The notes beneath the pieces are model-generated. The model had not been told where the DNA came from and searched no databases. It saw only the letters and a program-made list of their open reading frames with translations. Shown here piece after piece: positions 57,292 through 64,000 of a DNA stretch of 64,000 bases (its first letter is position 1; each line of letters starts with the position of its first letter). The position numbers were made by a program, and so were the translations under genes. This DNA is from Cyanophora paradoxa CCMP329 (lineage: Eukaryota > Plantae > Glaucophyta): positions 124,001-188,000 of the forward strand of contig QPMI01000429.1 in NCBI GenBank assembly GCA_004431415.1. The letters are read 5' to 3'.

Positions 57292-58286
57292 ATGTCGACT
57301 GTATTCACGCCTGTGTTTTCTTTGAGTGCAAGTGCTGTCCATAATGTCCAACACACAGTCTATGATTTATCTCCGAGCCACCCTTCGACTGAGACAGCGA
57401 AAACCGATTCTTTAATGACCAAAGCATACTCAGAGTCAAAGAACTCAGAGCTGACAAGATTGATGGACTCGTTAAAGCTACTCAAATGATCGTATCGAAT
57501 CGACCCGCAATCTCTTCGGGGCTGGTCACCAAAGAAAATCTATATGAAGGTCAACAGGATTCCAAAACGGCTTTTAATCCGGCTGATAGGAATTCGGCGG
57601 CTTTCCAAGTTTACAGTGGTGGGGCATGGATTGGGACTGGCTTGGGTGTGAATGGTAATGCGACAATTACTGGAAGCCTTACAGCTGGATCTTTTGGGAC
57701 AGTTAAAACGACCACTATTGATTCAGGGGGAAATACAGATTTGGTGATCAAAAGGAATAATGAGAATATCGCTTCTACATTTGCAAACAGCCACACAAAT
57801 TCAACAGGTGGGGCGGTTGCTGGAACTTACAACTGGAAAGGTCTTACAATTAATGGGACAAACTCTTATCTTGCTACTCCTAACCATCCACGGTTTTGTG
57901 TTGGAATTTCCACAACCCTATCAACTACCTCAGGAATATATTTAACCTCGTATGGAGAGGTATGGTTAAACAATGGAAATCACATTGATACTTCGAATGG
58001 TGTTTTCACAGCTCCTGTATCTGGTCACTACAAGTTCATTTTCACAGGTGCGACAAAAGAAGATAATTTACTTTCTCTTGTTCATCTACGAATAAATAAT
58101 GCAACTCCTAATGGTAAATTTTGTATTGCTGTCGTATCGGCATTAAATGTGGTCTCTCTTAGACCCATCTGTTTGAACGTCTCAGTAGCAATGTCTGCTG
58201 GTGATACAGCCAGGCTTTATATTGTTTACGGAGGACTTACTGCTTCGAATTGTCAATGGAGTGGTGAATTAATTTCTGCAACATAA
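57292..58286 (+). CDS. Fibre tip protein with C1q-like domain; one homopolymer frameshift at ~57486
   Basis: HPRFCVG...NNGNHIDTSNGVFTAPVSGHYKFIF...MSAGDTA...WSGELI. Confidence 0.82.
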
Positions 58287-58295
58287 AGTAAAAGA

Positions 58296-58559
58296 ATGTC
58301 GAACATCTACCAAGTGGTTTTAACTGATACTGAAAAACTCGGAATGGAATACTGTGCCTACTCTGTTCAGGATTGGATCGATAATGTTGTTCATAATAGG
58401 GCGAGAATTGCGATTGATGAGATTGTGGACAAAGAAGTTAAATCGTGTATTGCCGCTGGAATTCCGATTCCACTCACAAAGGAAGCGATTGTAGAGCAAG
58501 CGTTTAATCGGGGGACTGTTCAGAAGGCAAGCGAAATTAATGTGAGTGCTCCTATGTAA
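58296..58559 (+). CDS. Small protein resembling phage tail-fibre-associated proteins that follow C1q fibres
   Basis: LTDTEKLGMEY.A.SVQDWIDNVVHNRARIAIDEI...IP.TKEAIV.QAF; family recognised from memory. Confidence 0.65.
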   Translation: MSNIYQVVLTDTEKLGMEYCAYSVQDWIDNVVHNRARIAIDEIVDKEVKSCIAAGIPIPLTKEAIVEQAFNRGTVQKASEINVSAPM

Positions 58560-58614
58560 AGAAAGAATGAGAGAGGGGTTTATTGTTATTTTTCATAGAT
58601 CATGCATAAGAAAG

Positions 58615-59476
58615 GCATGTATCTTGCATAGTGGGCGGGGCGCGAGTGGTTCCAGTGCATTAAATGGAACATTTCGATTGAATTCGCGAGTTTGTGCAGG
58701 TGGGCATTTTCGGCATGCTTGCTCATGCACAAACTTGCTTTAAAAAGAATAGATAAAGTGCAATTCGGTTTTAACTCTTACGAGTTTTACTATAACATTC
58801 TCGGCATTGATAGTAGAGACCATCCTTTGTGCTTTGTTTTTATTATACTCGCTTGCAGGCTTTTCAATCTTGCAGTGCGAGCATACCTTCGATTGTACTT
58901 CGATCTTCGGACGCGTTTTTAACACGAAATGATAAAGGTAATTGTGATACTCTCGATCACAGTCTTTGCATCTCCACGACAATGTTTTATTCCCTGAGCT
59001 ACTCTTTTTCAATTCATAACTTGATGCCGGTTTTACCTTGTCACAAACATTGCATTGCTTACTCTCAGGTAGATTTACTTGATTGCTTGCCATTGTTACA
59101 GTATATTAACGGGAAGTCTTTAAGTGGGGATCACTTGTTTAATTGGTGGGGCTCACCTTGATTTTTCAATTTGGCTAACTGAAAACAGTCCGGAAACGAT
59201 CGGGAACATTTCATTAAAATAGGGGTCTTACTGTCCTTACTGAGAGATCGGGGGAAAGTTAAAGGGCTTACTGGGAATGGTAAGGAATTAGAAAAATGAA
59301 GAATGAAAGGTTTCGTGATTGGTTTCAGTAAGGAGAGGTTAGATGTTTGAAAAATACAGTGCTAATTTATAATTTGTTACTGAGCCTTACTGAGAAATTT
59401 GAAAATGGATAATGGGCTTACTGAGAATGGTAGTGGGGAAGGTCGCGCAATTGGTGGGGTTGGCCACCCAACGAGC
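58615..59476 (-). repeat. Right terminal inverted repeat (862 bp)
   Basis: Reverse complement of 35265-36128. Confidence 0.97.
58740..59093 (-). CDS. Second copy of the TIR zinc-finger gene (1-bp loss in an A run alters the C-terminus)
   Basis: Identical to 35649-35972 up to YNK; A6 versus A5. Confidence 0.72.
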   Translation of the reverse strand: MASNQVNLPESKQCNVCDKVKPASSYELKKSSSGNKTLSWRCKDCDREYHNYLYHFVLKTRPKIEVQSKVCSHCKIEKPASEYNKNKAQRMVSTINAENVIVKLVRVKTELHFIYSF

Positions 59477-62400
59477 CGGATCGATGTCATTCGGAGGGAC
59501 CGGCGCCGTCCGGCGGCGGTGCGCCGGCCGGGCCCTGGGCGCCGGCTGGGGAGGGGGATCTTGCGAAGTAGATAGCCTGCGGAGCGGGACCGTGAGCGCC
59601 GGCGAGAGGTGATGCGGGGGGGCGGGGCGGGGCGGGGGCACCGTAGGGGAGGGAGGCGGCGGCGGGGGCGAGGGAGAGGGCCCAGAGGGTTGGGGGCAGG
59701 GGCACGGTGTCGAACCAGGGCCCGCCGAGCTGGACGATGGCGGCCTGGACGGCGGCCGAGGCGAGGAGGATGGCGACGAACAGCGGGTTCCGCCCCAGGC
59801 CCTCCAGCACCGACCCGTCCCCGTCCTCCAGCTTCCGGCAGTTCACCTCGTTCGCCAGCTGCCGTCCCGCCCCGGCCCTCAGCGGCGCCGGCGGGACGGG
59901 GCCGGGGTGCGGGCCTGGCAGAAGACGAAGGCGTTGAAGAGGACGGTGTTGACGACCTCGGGGCTCCCCGCCTCCGGGCCCGCCACCGCCGGCAGCAGCG
60001 CCCCGCCCAAATACAGCAGCGGGAACAGGAAGGCCAGCTGCGCGCGGGCGGAGGCACAGGTCAGGGACGAAGGTGGCGGGGGGCGCGGGGCGGGACGGGC
60101 CTGGAAGGCGGCGTGGCCGACGATGGCGCGGGCCATGGCCGGCGAGATGAGGCGCTCCCCGGGGGCCTGCGGGGCCCGCGCCAGCAGCGCCGCCGTCGGC
60201 CGCTCCGTCCCTGCCCCGGCCCTCAGCCGAGGAAGGCGCGCGGGGCGTGAGGCGCGGGGCGGGCAGGAGGCCCGGGCACCGAGGGCGAGGGCGCCGAGGG
60301 AGTCCATAATCATGTTCACCCAGAGTAGCTGCGGGCCGGGCAGGCGCGCCCAAGCTCAGATGCGTCGAATGGCGCCGGCCGGGGGGCAGTGCGGGCGGGG
60401 CGGGGCGGTGCGGGCCTGGGTTGGCTTGAGGGGCGTCCCCATGTCGGTGACGGCGGCGACGAGGGCGACGGAGAGGGCGACGACGTTGACGGTGAGCTGG
60501 AACTGCACGAACTTGCGGATGTTGTCGTACACGCAGCGCCCCCACAGCACCGCGTTCACGATCGACGTGAAGTTGTCGTCCATCAGCACGATGTCCTGTC
60601 CACGATGTCAGAGGGGGCGGGGGTGGCGGGGGCGCGGGGCGAGGGGCCGGGGCGGACGGAGGCTTCCTTGGCGACCTCGGTGCCGGAGAGGCCCATGCTG
60701 AGCCCGACGTCGGCCTCGCGCAGCGCCGGCGCGTCGTTCGTCCCGTCCCCCGTCACCGCCACCACCTCGCCCCGGCCCCGCAGCCGCCGCACCAGCGCCA
60801 GCTTGTCCGTCGGCGACGCCCGCGCCAGCACCTGCGGGCGGGGCGGGACGGGCTCGGAGGCGAGAGGGGCGGGGCATCGGGCGGGCGGGCGGGCCTGGAG
60901 GCGGGGGAGGACAGCGGTGTCGAAGTCGGGGCGGGCGAGGGCGGCCTGCAGCTCCTCCCCCGTGAGCGCCAGCCCGCCCTCCGTCATGATCCCGCACTCC
61001 CGCGCGATGTGCACCGCCGTCAGCGCGTCTGGCCCCCGCCGTCGGCCCGCGGGTCGCCCGTGAGGGAGGGGAGGGCCGGGGCGGCGCACTGTCGCCGGTG
61101 CACATGCGGACGGTGATGCCGGCGCGCTTGCAGGCCTCCACCGCCGCCGGCACCTGCGGGGCCCTCAGAGGCGAGCGAGCCGAGGCGGGAGCGCTGCGCG
61201 GGGCGCCGCGCCTCCTTGCGGACAGGGTCCTTGATGCCGACGAAGGCGAGGAAGGTGAGGGGCCCGCCCGGCGCCCGGGGCCTCCCACGCCGCCCGCCAT
61301 CCTCTTCCGCCTCCGCGTACGCGAGGCAGAGCGTCCGCAGGCCTGCGGCTGTCAGAGGCGGGCGGCGGGCGAGGGCGGCGGGGCGGGCGGGGGCGGGGCA
61401 CCGGAGGCGGCCATGCGCTCGACCTCCGCGAGGAGCGCCTCCCGCTCCGCCGGCCCCAGCGGCCCCTCCCGCCCGTCCGGCCCCGCCGCCCGCTCGCACC
61501 GCGCCAGCAGCCGCTCCGGCGCCCCTTCACGTGCAGCCGAACCGCCATCCTCCTGCGCGCGTCGAGGGAACGTCGAGCGGAGCGGGGCGGCGGCGCGGGC
61601 GGCGTGGCGCTGACCGTGCGGACGATGGTGGTCATGGACTTGACCGCGGAGGAGAAGGGGAAGACGGCGCGGAGGCGGCCCCGCGGCGGGCGGCGGCGAG
61701 CTCGGCGGCCCGAGCCCGCTCGCGCTCGAGCCACGCGAGAAGGACGCACTCCGTGCGGCTCCCGACGCGCTCGAGGCCCCGAGGGGAGCGCCGCCACGCT
61801 CGCCGTCGAGTTGAGCGCCACCCTCCCGCAGCAGCGCGCGTCCGCCCGGGGAGGGAGGCGAGGGCGGGCTGGGCCCCGCCGCCCCCGCGCGCCACTCGAC
61901 GACGCTCATGCGGTTCTCCGTCAGCGTGCCCGTCTTGTCGCTCAGGATGTCTGCCCGCGCCGCCCCGTCAGCCGGGCCGCAGAGACGCGCCCCGCCCAGC
62001 AGAGACGCGCGCACTGGTGGCGCCGCCATCGTCTCCGCCGCGTCCAGGTGCCTCACGAGTTCTGCGGGCGGCCGTCCGCGTCGGACGCGGCGCGAGAGGC
62101 GCGGGGGCTGGAGGCGGGGCGGGCGGGCACCTGGTCGGCGAGCATGGCGCGGACGGAGTACGCCAGCGAGACGGTCACGCCACTGCGGCGCGGCTCGGTC
62201 GAGAGACAGCCGGGCCGGGCCGGGGCGGGGGCCGGGGCCGGGGCGGGGCGGGGGCGCACGGGCAGGCCCTCTGGGACGGCCATGACGAGGATGGTGACCC
62301 CGTGATGAAGAAGGAGAGCAGCGTCGACGCGTCCGTCGCGTCCAGCGCCTCCCGCCCGCCTGCGAGGAGGGGGTGGGGGGAGGAGGGGGGTAGAGGCGCG

Positions 62401-64000
62401 AGACCCGCACCCCGACGTCGAGGCCCAGCGGACGCAGAGGGCGGCGACGGTGAGCACCGCCGCCGCGAGGCCCACCCGCCCGATCGCTGTGCGAGGGAGA
62501 GGCTCGGGCGGGCCGGGGGACGGGCGAGCGCGAGGAGGAGGGGTCACCTCGGCGTGACCTCGGCTTCTTCTGCAGCGGCGTCTTCCGCTCGTCGTCCCGC
62601 TCTGCCGCCGCGGCCGGCCCGCCGATCAGACGGGGCCCGAGGGGGCGGGCCGCGGGCGCACCGCGGAGGCGGCCATGGCGGAGCCCATGCGCGTGCCTCG
62701 CCGACGGCCGTCACGAGCATGCGGCCCACGCCCGTGCACACCTGCGCGCCCCGGCGCGGCGTGGGCCTGCGGCCTTGCTCTCAGCGGCCTGCCGGGGGAC
62801 CTGGGTGCCGGCGAGGAGGAGGGGGCTGGCGGGCCCTTCTTGACGGCGTCGCTCTCGCCCGTGAGCCGCTCTCGTCCGCCTCCAGCCGAAGCCCCGCCAC
62901 CAGCACCCCGTCCGCAGGCACCTGCCCCAGAGTCAGGGGGAGAGGGGGGAGTGGGGGGGGGTACGGGGGCGGGCCTGGTCGCCGCCTCGAGGAGGACGAG
63001 GTCGCCCACCACCAGCTCCGACGCCTGCACCTGTACCCCGGCGTCGGGGAGGGGGCGGGGCGGCAAGGCGGGGCGGGGGTACGGCGTGCTCGCGGGGGCG
63101 CCGCCGCGGACGACGCGGGCGCGGCGGTCGTTCTTCACGCGGTTCAGCGCCCGGAACTGCGCCTCCTTCCTGCGGCGGCGGGGCTCAGAGGGGCCGCGGG
63201 GGCTGCCGGAGCCGGAGCCGGGCGGGGTGCGGGCGCGCGTGTAGTTGTTGGCGGCGGTGACCGCCGAGACGAGGGCCACGGCGCCCAGGATGGAGACCCC
63301 GTCCACCCAGGGGGTACCCCCTCGTGCGGCACCACGACCATCGCCGCCCCGGCGCCTCCCGCGGGCCCTCGCGGCCTCCGCCTGCACCTCCTCCACCCCC
63401 GGCGGCGCGCCGGCGCCGGCGGCGGGCCTGCGTGCGTTCGGCGGCGGCGGCGGCGGGGCGGGGCGGGGCGGAGGGGAAGGCTTGGAGGCGGCGCACGGGC
63501 CCTGTGTGGCGAGGGAGACGGCGATGGAGACGCCGGCGGCGGCGACGAGGATGCGCAGCGTGCCGTCCTGCAGCGCCTCCCACAGCAGCGACCCGAACGA
63601 CCGGCCGCCGCCTCCGCCACCGCGTTCGCCCCGCCCCTGCCCCCGCGTCGGCCACCCGACGGCCCGCGGCGGAGAGCGCGTTCAAAGCGCTTCTGCGCAC
63701 CGCGCGCGGCGCTCGGCGATGGCGGCGGGGTCGTCGGGGAGGCCGTCCAACGCGTCGCTCCCGAGCCGCCGCGCCAGCTCCTCCGGCGGCTCCGGTGCAG
63801 CCTGCGGGGCGCCCGCCGGCGCCGACGAGGCCGGCCGCGGACCCGCCGGCCGCTCGGGCGCCGCATCCGCGACGGCCTGCGCATACGATTCGAACGCGGC
63901 GGTTCGGAGGGCGCGTCGGCGATCGGGCGCGGGGGCGCGCGGGGCCGTGCAGCAGCACTCACGTGCTCCGAGGACACCACAAAGCGCTCGGGTGCCTCCG
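59477..64000 (-). CDS. P-type IIB Ca2+-ATPase (PMCA/ACA), multi-exon; last exon interrupted by the PLV; 5' end uncertain; apparent indels in the 5' half
   Basis: [106 protein letters not shown]. Confidence 0.93.

Larger units (their letters stand above)
35265..59476. mobile_element. Complete endogenous Polinton-like virus (24,212 bp)
   Basis: TIRs, 6-bp TSD CGGATC (35259-35264 and 59477-59482), sharp drop in GC, intronless dense ORFs including integrase, PolB, A32 ATPase, MCP and pentons. Confidence 0.96.

Noticed and set aside
36370-57490. Programmed ribosomal frameshifting in PLV genes
   Set aside because: Too many events, all fixable by +1 base, and the same error type distinguishes the two TIR copies; sequencing error is more parsimonious.
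35265-59476. Classification as canonical Maverick/Polinton or Lavidaviridae virophage
   Set aside because: No adenain-like maturation protease recognised, termini are not AG/AGT repeats, and the polymerase is atypical; PLV is the safer call.

Overview
Eukaryotic (protist/algal-type) genomic DNA with three zones. (1) 1-24.7 kb and 59.5-64 kb: very GC-rich, intron-dense host genes. These are a four-domain voltage-gated cation channel, DDX10/Dbp4 helicase, WrbA-type quinone reductase, an F-box/LRR-like gene, an ABHD1/3-type hydrolase, a RING protein and a P2B Ca2+-ATPase. (2) ~15-16.3 kb and 25-35.1 kb: non-autonomous transposons, namely four Helentron/HINE-like elements with asymmetric inverted repeats and a nested CACTA element. 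(3) 35265-59476: a complete, AT-richer, intronless 24.2-kb endogenous Polinton-like virus (PLV) with ~863-bp terminal inverted repeats and a 6-bp target-site duplication (CGGATC), inserted into the last coding exon of the Ca2+-ATPase. It encodes an rve integrase, an A32 packaging ATPase, a major capsid protein and two pentons. It also carries a 1436-aa fusion (OTU-like/PolB/SF1B helicase/HNH), an N6-adenine methyltransferase, a stand-alone S-adenosylmethionine decarboxylase, a patatin-discoidin lipase and phage-like fibre genes, one ending in a transmembrane anchor. The PLV frameshifts I traced are single-base losses in homopolymers, most likely long-read errors. All calls are from motif recognition by eye; no searches were run, and exon boundaries of host genes are approximate.
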